From the NCBI GenBank assembly GCA_004022145.1, contig RCNU01000001.1: a stretch of 64,000 bases of DNA; one strand, 5' to 3'. This DNA is from Paecilomyces variotii (taxonomy: Eukaryota). A model generated the notes under the pieces. It made no database searches. It was not told where the DNA came from and saw nothing but the letters and a program-made list of their open reading frames with translations. The translations under genes were made by a program, and so were the position numbers. This document shows positions 24,944 through 37,700 of this stretch, in pieces (within the stretch, counting starts at the first letter, position 1; the number at the start of each line of letters is the position of its first letter).

Positions 24944-27900
24944 ATGTTTGGGCGGAATTCCTCGAATAACCGTCCGTCAGGACCTCATAATCCTCCCTCA
25001 AAGAAACCAGCCCAGAACTCCCATACTCCGCAGACATGGAATCTCCCTGGTCCTCCGCCGCCGCCGCCTCCCCCTCCGCCAGCGCCAGCCTCATACAATC
25101 CGAGCACCTATGGCCCTATGTCTGGTGCTATGCCAGTGCCAAATGCAGCAGCGCGTCTCTCTCCAGCGTTGGCAGCGGTGGATACGTCGAAGTGGGGTGT
25201 GCGCTATAATCAACAACAGCACCAGCCGCCACCATTACCGGTAGGTAAATATGGACTTTATCATGTGCTTGAAGGCCAAGCTAAATTTGGATCTGATACT
25301 ATAGCCGCGCCCATCGAGCTCTGAAAATCCATCTCAGACCTCTGGCCAGCCGTCGACAGGGGGCTCTACAGCGCCAAACTCGCCTACATGGAATGCTTCC
25401 CAAACGAGCAACCAGCAGCCAGAGAATACATCAACGGTCCAGGGGAACACTACTCCGCCTCTGCCACCTCCTCCGCCGCCTATTCCTCAAGGATATATGA
25501 CTGAACTGCAGCATGCGGCGCAGACATGGCAGCAGCAACAGCACCCACCCTACTCCGAACGACCTCCAACCCATCACTATGACCCTCCAAAACAATCACC
25601 TTCAGCACATCCGTCATCTTGGACGCAAGCTCAGGGCTATGGCCACAGTCAAACAACGGCAGTTCCTAGTGCACAGAGTCCCGTGTCTGGTGACCCCAAG
25701 CCACCGTCTCCTTCGGCGGACCGGCCATTACCACCGCTCCCAGCAGAGATTGCTGCCGGATTGAATGCGGTATCCCCAATATCTTTTCAGCAGCCCACGT
25801 TTGGTCCCGGATCACAGCCGACTAACAACGTCTCGAATCCCGAAATGCGCCAGTCAGCGTTGGGTGACGGGGCTCCGTCTGACTGGGAGCACTTTGCTGC
25901 GGTTGACGACTCTCCTATTCAGTATGAAGCCAACGGACAACAAACGATACCCCAAAAGCCGTCGCCAGTTGCCTCCACTACTTCTCAGGCTCAGCGTACT
26001 TCCAATACCCCTCCACCAGTTCATTCTCCGAGAATAGACAACATTGGCTCACCGACGAGCAATATGTCCGCCTATGACCACTCCCCAGGTGCAGATGGCG
26101 CCAGCCAGTCCAGGACAAAACTCGAATTCCCAGAGACAACACAGACTGTAACTGACAATCAGGAGAGTACGCAAGAACCCGGACGTGATGCTACTGTGGA
26201 GGAAGGTCCTGTATCTACCCCAGAGCCGCCTAGAGACGATGCGACCGAATCAAACCCCACCGTACCTGCCGTCCAGAAGAAGCTGCCAGATCCATATGAA
26301 ATCTTGGATCCATGGTTTCAATCGTCACTTGCACGCTACGTTACAATGTTGCGCAAGGAAGCGGTCGCAGAAACCGATGAAGAAAAATACAGAATCTTCA
26401 CTACATTTGTTGCAAAGGAGACCAAACTGCGTGAAATCTTGTATAACATTGTTCCTTCCAGCGCAGAGGATACTGAGAGCGTTCACTCTCCCCAGCGTGT
26501 CCAGATCTCGCGCTCCAAGTCTGCTGATCCCTCTCTGCGGCCTGATTCTGGACTTATATCGGCACAACCCGAGGGTGATGATGAACCTTCTCACATTCCC
26601 AGGATCTCTACTGCGCCTCCAGAAAATGTGCCAGATGAAGCAGAGGAAGGCGCGTACAGTCCAGGTGGCCGCCCTATTTTATCCTTGCACGCGGCATCTG
26701 AAGCAGAGGACAACAAGAAAAACCTCCGTCGATCAGCCTCTCATAGCATCAACAATGCTCATCGTGATGGTCCCAGCATTTCGCGGTCTACCTCCGTGCC
26801 TCTGGAGTCGATTGACAATCCCTGGAAATCCGGAACAGAAACTCCATTGATCAGCAACCCTCCACAGAGCATATATACACCATTCCGATACACGGAAGGT
26901 CCTCAGAGAGGTTCCGACAATCTAACGTTTGATCGCCCTGCCTATCAGGCCTACTCTGCTTTGCGGCAAGCTTCTGTTGACAGTGGGCGTACGATGTCTC
27001 AAAGTCCTGCGCCGACTTCCAGAGGAAGATCCGGAACGATAGGACAACACCCCGCTCATGAACACGATGAGACCTTTCTTGGATTGATCAGAGAGAAGAG
27101 TGTCACATACCGGAAAAAACGCACTGAGAGCACACCTCCTTTGCCGCTCTTGCCAGATGGAATCAGGCAAGGTAAATTCGACGTCGTTCTTGAAGAATTA
27201 TGTTCCTTGATTCCCGAGCCTTTCCCGGAGAACAAAGAGAGTCCTTGGATTGCTGCGACCAGAAAGGATATCAGATCATTCTCAGACGATTTCCGCTATA
27301 TCAAGGAAACAGTAGATAAATGGGAACGGTCGGCTGAAGACAGACGCAAACAGTTGGACAAAGAGCGGATGGCCCGGCAAGAAGAATCTGAACAACATAT
27401 CGATGCTCTTTTCAATGATAATGAGATCGGGTATGCCGACATCAACACTCTTGAGGATGATTTTCGGCATGCGGAGGCCAAAAAGCAGTTAGAGGAAGAG
27501 CGGAAAGAACTCGAAAAGTTTATTGCGGAAGTCTTTGATCCGCTTGATGAGTGCCTGAAGAATGAGATATCCCAGCTTAGCGCTCACTATAAGTTGACCA
27601 TAGATGAGCTCGATGCTGGAGACAGTGGAAACACTGAGTCGTCAAGTGACAAGTTCCAAGTCTCTCACATCATGAAGCTCGTCAATGACATTTATCTGAA
27701 GTTGGAGCTCCGGTATCAGAAACGGCTGGAAATCGCTCTTGACCGTGAACGACGGCGGAAAAAGGCCGAGCGACGGCCATTGATATTTATGGGTGATTCG
27801 CCTGCGTTGAGGAAGCTTGATGCGGAATTTGACAGCATGGAGAGGAGGAATATTCTTGAGGCTGCTAACGAGAGGGATGAACGCGCAAACATACTCATGG

Positions 27901-28541
27901 ACTCTTTCGATACTGGTATCATGCGTGGCCTGGGAGAGAACCAGTCACTGTTGGACAATATCTCTACCAAGATGAAGAAGCTTGACCCAAAGACCATCTG
28001 TCATGCTGGCCTGCCCAAAGATGACATTGAAACCATACTGAGGTCGACATATGCGCTTGTCAAGTTCCTTGAGGCCAACTCAGAGTCCATTCTCCGGAGT
28101 TTCGGGGCTGCTGACTCGTTGCTAAACGAGGCCGACTACAGTGTTTCCGTCGCAGAAGCTCGTTATTCCAACGCTGGTAGTGATATCTTCCGCAGGCTTG
28201 ACGAAGAAAAGAAGAAAGAAGATGCAAAGATCCAACAAGAGCTGGACTCGAAGCTGGAGACCGTCCGAAAGGGACCGACCGAGCTGACCGCCAAAATTGA
28301 CAGCCTTCTTGAAGCTCTTGGCAAAGAAGGTGGTCCCGGAACAGGTCCTTGGAGTAGGCCGAAGATCGAGAATACTAATACTGTCGAAATTGATCCCGCG
28401 GACGTCTTGAGGCCAGGCCCGCGGCCAGCTTCTGCCGCACCATTGGGGCGACGATCAGATGCCGATCCAGAGCAACAAGAACGTCTCCGCAAGGCGCTAG
28501 AAGACGCGAAGCGCAGAAATGCAGCGAGACAGCAGCACTGA
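24944..28541 (+). CDS. Uncharacterised Pro/Ser-rich protein with C-terminal coiled coil
   Basis: Exon 1 is 24944-25240 (MFGRNSS..., PPPPPPPPP), followed by an intron gtaggt...atag and a long open exon to 28541. The charged helical C-terminus ends QERLRKALEDAKRRNAARQQH. Confidence 0.85.
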
Positions 28542-30157
28542 GCTTCCTATTGGCCCTCATCGTTTTCCCTTTTAAGTTAGTTCTCGTTTGATACCCTTGA
28601 CGCGCTTGTTCATATCGCTGTCGTACATTGTGCTATATTCGTATGTTTTGTCCTCTTAACGACTTGATGAATTTCCTTTATATATCTCAAGTATCTAATG
28701 CATATAATCCAATCACCGCTTCTGCTGCTCCTCTCGTCATGAATACTAAACCCAATGTTGCTCCCTCCGTACAGGTGTACATTTGCGATATTCCAAATCC
28801 GAGGATGTGTAATAATAGAGCCTTTATCACCTTTGCGCCCTGTTTATGCTTCCCTTCTGTGTTATTGCATCATAATCATTAGCGGCGGGTTGGAAAGTAG
28901 CATGTCTCACTCAGAAGTCACAACTCCTCTTTCCGTGGCGCCGAAGATAAAAGAAAGTCTGCCATGACAGTATGGTGCCTTGATCCTTGAATCTTCTGCA
29001 TTTTGAGCATACCGGAAACAAATGTACCGTCAATAAACCAATCCAGCTTGCAGTGGAGGCACCCCTATCATTTGCAAACAGAAGCATGTCTCAATGACCC
29101 TGTACTTGACAGCTACACGCATATTCGTTGTGACGCAGAGTTCGTACGTGGCACAAGCGATTTCAGTTATAGAATAGCTCGACGCAGCCTTCACTATTGT
29201 AGTAAATGCGTATTGACGTGGAGATCATCCACCTCGACATTAGTAAATCTCCACCAAGGTCCATTTCGACTTCTCGTTACTTTGAGTCTCAATTTACTGT
29301 TATATCTCTTGATCTCAATACCGCCCAGATTAGACGTCTCTTAGGTACAATAGATTTGTGGAAATCTGTTCATACTTTTCCATATATGGCGGGTAAGTTT
29401 TCTCATCCCTGGCACGTATTCAGCAAGATATTTCATTCTTCCGATCTATCTGATCTAATCCAGTTAATCTGATAAATGGTTTAACTTAGTTCAAACTGGG
29501 ACCCATTTATGCAATTGAACACGATGTTTAGTTGTCTCTGAGATGATTCCCTAAAGTTACTTGACACTTTTTCTTCGGGAAAAGCACCAAGGCCAAACGA
29601 ACAATAGCTAAGACAGTAATGGATAGACACCAGAATCCGAATCACAACAGAATCTTTCTCAACAATTGAACTACAGATGTGTAGCGCATGATCTGAGTGG
29701 GACAAACGGAGAGCGCTTGCGTCCACAACAAAGGGAAAAGGGGACATCGGATCGGAAACACGCCAAGTAGTTCAGCCTTCACTGACACTCAATAGATTTG
29801 CTGGACTTCGCTTCTCTTTTCTTCTTTCTGGATTACATATGCCAAGGGCCAAGTAACTACCATAGAGCCGGAAATATAAGGTAAGGATTCTTTTCCTCCC
29901 CTCGCACGACAAACAGACATTCTGGTTGGGTTGGAGTACTCATCTGGTTCGGGACAGTACAGTACTTTTGGAGCGTGGCGGTGATTTGGGAGAGCTCGTG
30001 TTGATAGCACATAGCATCTACGAATGAGTTGACCATTCACTGCAAAGTTGGGATGGTTTACTTCTAGTGGTGTCGATTTCCGAGAGATCGAAGACACGCT
30101 TCTATCAACTCAAGACGTCCTTACCCATCAGTCCTCCTTTTCCATCCATCCAGAATC

Positions 30158-31524
30158 ATGAATTCTCTATCAGATCCCGTCACTACGACTGCCACAGACA
30201 GGAAGGACAGCACGACCATCAAGAGCCCTCAGACAGGATTCAGAAACACTCGTCTCTACCGCATTCTTAAGGCCATTCCCCTGATCCTTTTGGCTTTACT
30301 ATGCAACTACACCATGGGTACCATTCTCCAGAGCACATACCCTTTCCTCAACGAGGCGAGCTCGTCTCTTGAACTTGAGCTCGACGATAACGTCACCGTG
30401 CACCTACGGAGTTCCTTCTACGGCATCCCATGGCTGGATAAATTAGTGCGTATCTACGTTTGTGCGTCATTGCCGTCAATGGTTGGACTGGAAAAAGCGC
30501 ATAGATTGCAGATGATGTCGTTTCTATTTGACATGGGTCCGATGGTTATGATGTGGATCATAGAGGGGGCAAGACGAAAGAGAAGTCAGAAGATGGGGTC
30601 GTTCTTTCTCAGACTTTCTTCCTGGTAAAGTGACTCGGTTTCGGATTTCATGCTGATTTGATTTCGGTTCTTTTTGTATTGGCTTGCTTCATTAATCTGG
30701 ATCGCTTTTGATGTGCCACGGCTAACTAGATTTCTCTCACATCACATAGGCCGTTTCTATTCCTGATGATCTCTCAGATAAAAGGGATAGGCATCATAGC
30801 GCCCTTGTACTATTTTATCCACTACGTCTCGGGTCCTTTGGAGACTACACCACCTTCACCTTCGACGATCAGTGACTCTCCGATTGATATTCACGAAGCG
30901 AAGGCGCTCTTCCCTGCTGTTCTGATCGGCTACTATATTCCAACAGTGGTACAAAAATTGCCAATGGTCTCGCTGTCTGTCCGCCAGATATTCTGCGGTT
31001 ACTGGCAACTATATCCTATTTGGCTGTCGATCGTACACCATGGACTGAGTCTCTGGTATTCAGCCGCAGCAAGGACAACGGATATCAAACGACTACAGTC
31101 GGGAAGGTCAAGTTCAGACAATGACATGGTGCACGTACGGCGAGCGTATCTGATAACGGGAAGCATTTCCGCTGCTGTTTACTTTTACGTTCGTTTCCTG
31201 TCTGGTATTCCAACATGCGATGTATTTATCCGGGGAATGTTCCACTCACCGGCCGCAGTAGCTGCGGCAGTTACTTCTGTGACGGATGGCATGGTCCCTG
31301 CAATGAAGTATGATGCCTTTTTCACCTTTGTGAGTGGCCTCCTCTGGATCAGTTTGACCTTCGGGGACCTGAAAGCCGAAGGGGTCCTGCGGTTTGGGAC
31401 GGTCCGTGTTGTGAGTGTTATGTTGTTGGTTGTATATTTCTTTGGCCCTGGCGCTGCGACAGCCTTTTGCTGGGGTTGGAGGGAAGAGATACTACATGTA
31501 GCGAAGCGAAGGTTGATGGTTTAG
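30158..31524 (+). CDS. Polytopic membrane protein, CtvD/AurD-like (also like the C-terminal membrane domain of some fungal FAD monooxygenases)
   Basis: Exons 30158-30624 and 30750-31524 join in frame (SW/PFLFLMISQ). Several hydrophobic segments; motifs YGIPWLD, WIIEGARR, QIKGIGIIAPLY, GYYIPT, WQLYP, KYD, GPGAATAFCWGWRE. The family call is from my recall of motifs, not a search. Confidence 0.7.
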
Positions 31525-33779
31525 TTTCTGGAGGTTGGGTTATAGGAGCGCAATTATATGCATGGGACGATAGGCAACAGTGGGTTTCGAATAAGGCGTT
31601 CCTTAACTCGTATACAGGAGATAGCCCATTCACGTACCACAATAAGAGATGTAGATGTTATTTTCTCATACATAGGTTTCCGCTGATGCTTTCTTTGTCG
31701 ATCAATCCATAGGTGGCATCTCTAAGAGACAGTACAGTGCCTGGACAGTAACTTAGTTTCCCCAAGAGCAGTAGTTAGAAAAAGGCCGATGTATATACAT
31801 CCTAACATGAAGCCAGGAAGTATCGTTATCCCCACAAGAGCTACTAGTTGGCTAGCAAGTTCCCACTTGATCGCCCACTGTGGCGATTTATTCTACTTTA
31901 CCCTACCTGCCCACTTGATGGCAGGGATCATCGATAAGCAGCATCCCGGTCACAACGTGACTATTTCTGACCCAAATTCTTCGATCCTGGGGATGTAGGA
32001 GCACGTCATATCAATCAGGCCTAATCTGATAAAAAGTGGGCTGAACGCCGCTGATGTACCGCGTACCTGCAGGGGAACCAAGAGAAAAAGAAAGAAAAAA
32101 AGGCCTCACATGGCCTGATACCAAATGCCGGATACTCAGATGATTCTTCAGCCCGTCTGGGGTTCGAAGTACCCTGCTGTGAATGGTTCAAGCAACGGAA
32201 ATCCCTGGGATCATGATCCTGGTGCGGCTGATCAATCTGCGGCTGTTCTCGAAAACTCCTGTGAGGCTCCCTATCGCTGACCCTTCTCTCAGCGCAGGCA
32301 TCAACATATGCATGGAGGCAGGAACTGTCATGTAGTGCGTACTACAGGTGCATTGTGCGGCGAAGTGACTTGTGTGATGGTGGTCGCCGGAGATGCCCTA
32401 TACATGGCCATACTTATGCGGCGTGAAGCAATGAGCCATGACCACACCGTGCTGTTGACCGCGACCCTGAGGATCGATTGCCGCAATTGACGAGCTGAGA
32501 AGCTGAAATATTATGGGTTGCAGTGCCGCGGTGGCCGCTCGGAGAATCGGGCCAAACGTCGCGGCGCAGGTCGAGGCTTTCTCTTTGGTCCAAGGCGCAT
32601 CGCATCCACCATGGTTTTCGGGAACACCATCGTCAACCCCGACCGCTAGTACTCCGGATCACCAGCATGAACTACGATATGAGCTAGTCGATTGGTTTCG
32701 CGGAATCGATTCTTACTTGCTTTTGCTTCGCTCTCTGACTATGACTATCGAGGCCCCCAGTGCCGGTACCCAATCTGTTTTGCGGCGGTGAGCAATGATC
32801 ACCGCAGCATTTGAGGGTTAGACTCCCCTAGGCATGGAAGAAGTTAGAACGGCGGCATCGATCTTGACTCAGAGTTAGAATTCGAAAGGACCCGTCAGCA
32901 GATGGATTATTTGGACGTACTGTACCAACAGGGCGAATAGCAGCGCCAACTGGGAGAATCTGGCGCTGTGTTTCCGGAACCAACATCCTCACCACCAACG
33001 GCAAAGCGCGTGTTGGCGAAATGCTCCGGCGTCTGCCCCTCCTTCCAATAACAATCCCGAGCAAAAGTTGGATATCTTTGGCCCCTCCACTCGTTAAAGC
33101 GGTCGTCGCCGGATCTTTGTTCATCGAAGGCCCACGCCGCAGGACAACGCTTATCGGCCTGAGGACTTGTCCGAATCAACACCGCATGCTTCCCATGCAA
33201 GATCTAGTCAGGAGAGACTAGATTGATTCCTAATGTGCTGGGGATCTTGCAACCGTAATTGGCTGCAGGGATCGATAAATATTACATCGTTGGCCGTGTC
33301 TCGAGAGGAGATCATGCGGCTCGGCTGGTACTCCGTCTCCTTTTCCCAGTGATCCGGCGGTCCTCCTTTTTAGTGAACCTCTCTTCCTCTTCAGACACAA
33401 TCCCAGTACCATGGTTCACGCGTCTGCTGCTCATGCCTGAGACTGCGGCAGTCCTGTGAGCGATTGACAGGTCAACAGCCTGTGGCCCTGTTCCCACAGG
33501 ATGAGGAAGCTACGCCAAACTCACGTTGGTTCTGCGGCAAAGCAGAAGCAACAGCTGTGTTGAGTCTCTCCGCGGCACAGTTATAATTATAACAGATGGG
33601 ATTTTTTTTTTTCGCTGCTGCGGCACCTAGGTTTTCGCGTGTTGGGTCTTGGTACCTGGTTCCCACCTCCATCCGTGGTTCGCGAGAAACTCTATATATA
33701 CCCATCTGGCCGTCGGGGAATGGTAAAGCACCTACACACACATTCGTACCAGTGAGGGTCTCATTAGAAATATATTCAT

Positions 33780-34775
33780 ATGTCGCCTCCTACGAGACAG
33801 TTTGGGAAGCTCTCCATTGGCGAGACCATGCCAACGACCCAGGCGCATCGTGGGCTGCATCCCCAAGCGCCTGCCGACAGCGACGACGACAACGACACGT
33901 CTGATGAGCCTAGCACAGACGATGACGAGGAAGAGGAGGAGCTCGAGGGACGGTCCACCGTTATGAGCCGCCAGGAGAAGGTCAGGGATATCTTCTCTGC
34001 TTTTGACGAAAGCACTTTGCCCGAGGAATTCCGCCCCGAGCTCGTGGAGAGGACAGATGTTTCGCGCAAGCCTGAACAATGCGTTGTACAAGGAGATTTC
34101 GTGGCCACCATGTTTCGGTTGGCAGTGCATGACAACAACGTTTATACCAGCCTGCGGAAAGCCATGCCGGCTGGAGCATGTGCGGCCATCTACTTCGATA
34201 AAGCCCAGCAACGATCCCGGAAAATCTTGGCTGAGTTCGATACGTACTGCCAGACCGGACAGCTTCCTCCCAACCGGGCGAGCATGGAAGTCGTCGATGT
34301 AGCAGAAGAGCTGCGCCTCCTCGTTGATCAGATCGAGGCCAACGTTTCTGCTCGGAGACCGAATGGCATCACAGGGGCGGCAGAGGCCCTAGTCACACTC
34401 CTTGAGGATATCTCTGGTCGCAATGTCGATGCTTTTGAGGGCAATCGATGGGGTCGAACGCCGCTTCCTGGAGAAGACGAAGATGACCGCAACCTCTACG
34501 AGCAGCTCATCGGACAGTCGGACGACGAAAATGGATTCTTCGTACTCGATGCACTGGAGGAGCTACCGCCTGACGTCCTCCAGCAATACCAGTCCAACCT
34601 GATGGGTGTCTTGCGAAGAATTGAGTCCGAACGCAATCGAGCCCGGGTGCCCTATATCCTCAAGCTCCAAGCTTTGCTTCGTATGGCAGACCCTAATGCG
34701 GAACCGCTCTCCCCGTCTGGACAGAAGAGGCCCGCCGTGGGACCAGCAGGAGGAACCACGAAACGAACGAGATGA
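33780..34775 (+). CDS. Hypothetical protein, 331 aa (acidic N-terminal tract, helical core, basic C-terminal NLS-like end)
   Basis: Intronless ORF with coding-like composition; TATA-like ctatatata at about 33691; ends SGQKRPAVGPAGGTTKRTR. Confidence 0.8.
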   Translation: MSPPTRQFGKLSIGETMPTTQAHRGLHPQAPADSDDDNDTSDEPSTDDDEEEEELEGRSTVMSRQEKVRDIFSAFDESTLPEEFRPELVERTDVSRKPEQCVVQGDFVATMFRLAVHDNNVYTSLRKAMPAGACAAIYFDKAQQRSRKILAEFDTYCQTGQLPPNRASMEVVDVAEELRLLVDQIEANVSARRPNGITGAAEALVTLLEDISGRNVDAFEGNRWGRTPLPGEDEDDRNLYEQLIGQSDDENGFFVLDALEELPPDVLQQYQSNLMGVLRRIESERNRARVPYILKLQALLRMADPNAEPLSPSGQKRPAVGPAGGTTKRTR

Positions 34776-37700
34776 ACCGCGATGACTTGGTTATGCTATA
34801 TGTGCCCGTCGACGATCAGGGGAGACCGAATGGACAGGTCGGAGAATCATGGACGTGGGCGTTCACGGCAGGCGCTATGCCCTGTTGTCCTCTTTTCAAG
34901 GCATAAACGTATTGGATCTTTCCAGCCTCTTTCCTTTATAGAATTCCCTCTCTCTTTGTGACCTTCCGCAAGCCATCCAACTACTGTCTATTTCTGCGCC
35001 TGTCACGATTCCCCTTAGCTTCTGCAGACCTGAGATTCCTAGCTGAATTAAGAATGTATGGTCTCACATAACAGGCTGGGCCTGCGATGTGATATTTCTC
35101 CCAAACCATAGACGACCTATGTTTTCGCGCTGTGCTTTGCTGTAAACTATGACGCAGGGACTACTGATATTATCGTGTAGCACTGGCATATAGCGGTATG
35201 GAGAGAAAATCCAACCATTGCTTCTTGCCCATGATCGATGTCTGGTACTGGTGGATCACGGGTATGCGTCTAAGACACGGTCCCGACGGAGCACGCCAGA
35301 CCAGACTCTGGCTCCTAATTTCCACGGGGGCTTTTATTGGAGTCTTTGGAGGGCTCGGGGCGCCGCCAGGTTCATCTTTGGTGGTAGTGTCGCTGTTAGC
35401 GCGGCACCAGCATCATGGTCGCTGGGTGATAACCCAACTCAAAAGAGTTCGGTACCCCCGCACAAAATGGACCGCTTTCTGGTACGGAATCACGGATATT
35501 GAGTAACGGGGACATGAGTTGGTCATCATAGGAGGTGAGCGGCATAATTGTAGCTCCAAATGGGATGGTCATCGACCGGCATGTTCGGATCATGAGCTGA
35601 CCATCTGGTATCAGGACTGAAGGAAGTTCTTTCACCACGCTTCTACAACAGTCTGTCCATAGCAGCTAGAGTATTGTTCGCCAAAGTTGTGGACTAGGAC
35701 AGCCACAGAATGCTGGTGTGGTGGCACCGTGGCACAGGCCCAGTGTAGATAGCAGTGTTGGCACGCTTCCCACGCGCTCCTGGCCTCCAGGGCGATCACA
35801 TCATGGTGTACGGAGTAGTGTTGGTTGTTATTCCCAACCAATACATAGCATCGAATAGGATTGCTGTCTCCAAATGACATGCAGGCAGGCCATCTCTGCA
35901 CCAACTCCATTTATCATTTTCCATCTTGCCAAGGATCATGGGATCGACAGTGAAGCCTCATCTTGAGATGCAACCCAAGTTACCCAACATCCAACGCTCT
36001 GTATCCGCAAAACTCTCTCAGATTTCGATGCCCGACCGACGAGATCCCCGCTGAGTCGATGCTCAGTTGCTTACTGGGGCATGATAAGCAGTGCGATCCG
36101 CTTTCGGGCGGATTTTCGGCTCTCTCTGGTCTTTTCTTCGATCGACGCATTCCGTCCATAGGATTATCCATTGCCGCCGCGTTCACCGCGAATCAACCTC
36201 GTGCTTGGTAGCCATCAGTCCAGATTCATGCTACTGTGCCGCTAAGTAACTTAAAAATGATGGTTGTGGATTTGCGTCCGTTTCTCTTCGCTTCATCGCT
36301 CCGTCTTCACCCAACCGGATCTGGTCCACGGGATCTTAATATGGTAGACGCGCGGGACGGGTGCGCGCATGACATTTCGACCACGTGCCCCAGCTTTCCC
36401 CTAAGCGGGAGGCGGTCTCTGTCTGTCGTGGCAGTACTGGCATCAAGATGGTGATTGGCTGTGATGAGCTATGTAGGACCGTTTACGATATCATCTTGTG
36501 AGCAAATTGAATTCAAACTAGGATGGTCGCTAGAAATAGACAAAACTAGTTCCGAAGATAGCATCAGGTACTGTGCTGCTGGCAATCAGACTGGGATGGT
36601 ATACCTGGGGCTCGACAGCTCTTTGGTCAGCTTTATACGTATAGATTCATCGTAGCTTCATAACGTCTCATCCGCAGCCATACCAGACTTTTCTGGCAAA
36701 TACAAGACAGAAACTCGCTAGATAATTAAGTGGAATTCATTGGTTCGACTAACAGGCAAGCAATTGTAGCGATACCACCTCCTAAAGCTTTCCCCGTCTC
36801 ATTCAAGCCATTGTTCATCAATCCGGGCTGCAGCTTGACACTCATATATGACCAAACGACGATTAGTCTCGCTTCTAGACTTTTGAGAGCCTTCCATGGT
36901 TCAACTTCCGCACTGAAGGGGAATTAATTAAGCGCCGTTCCCAAGAAACCATACCTCTGTCTCACTGGCTGCTTGATCGCAGCTTTGGTTATGGGCACTT
37001 TCTGTATTTCATGAGATTTCAGTTAACATTCAGCAGTAGAATAGTATCGAAACTTATATCTCTTGATATTGGCGTCTTAGGTTCTGCAAATAGGGACCGT
37101 GACCTGCCTTGGGCATTCGGAGTGAATTCTCGACGAGAACTAGCCCTGCAACCATTGGAGAAAGGCGATGTTTTCTCCTCATTCCCGAGTCCAACCACAA
37201 GGTAGCTAGCACAAGCAGCGATGACTCAATAAATTGCCGCAAGCAGAATGCGGACGTCGAGGAACAAAAAAATAACTGGGATTGATTAATCTCGGTCCCT
37301 TTTCCCCCCTACTCTTTCCCTCCATGATTATAGATGAGTTCTCGTACTTAGCGTCTGGCGACGCGAAACTGTTCACAATGTTAAACCCGTATTTTCCTTT
37401 CGAAACTGACACTGCATATTAAAGCTACAAATATTCGATGTCTAACAGAACGAGAGTCGAGATGCCGAGAAATCGAAGACCGGAATCGGTGTAAATACTG
37501 CCATAACTGACTAGTGCCATGACTAACATAACGGCCATTAGTTATGGACTTTCAAGCTAACTCCTCCCAATCTCTATGATATTAGTCGCTGGGATCTTAC
37601 CGATGTCAGGGTGTGTCATCAGTCCTCTTTTAAGAACCAGGGACATTCGTATATGTAGCCTAATCAACATATTCCTACCTATTCACATTATGACCAGTGG

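Noticed and set aside
28600..30100. Short ORFs upstream of the membrane protein as a possible decayed FAD monooxygenase
   Set aside because: I could not find GxGxxG, DG or GD motifs in the frames I read. A translated search would be needed to exclude it fully.
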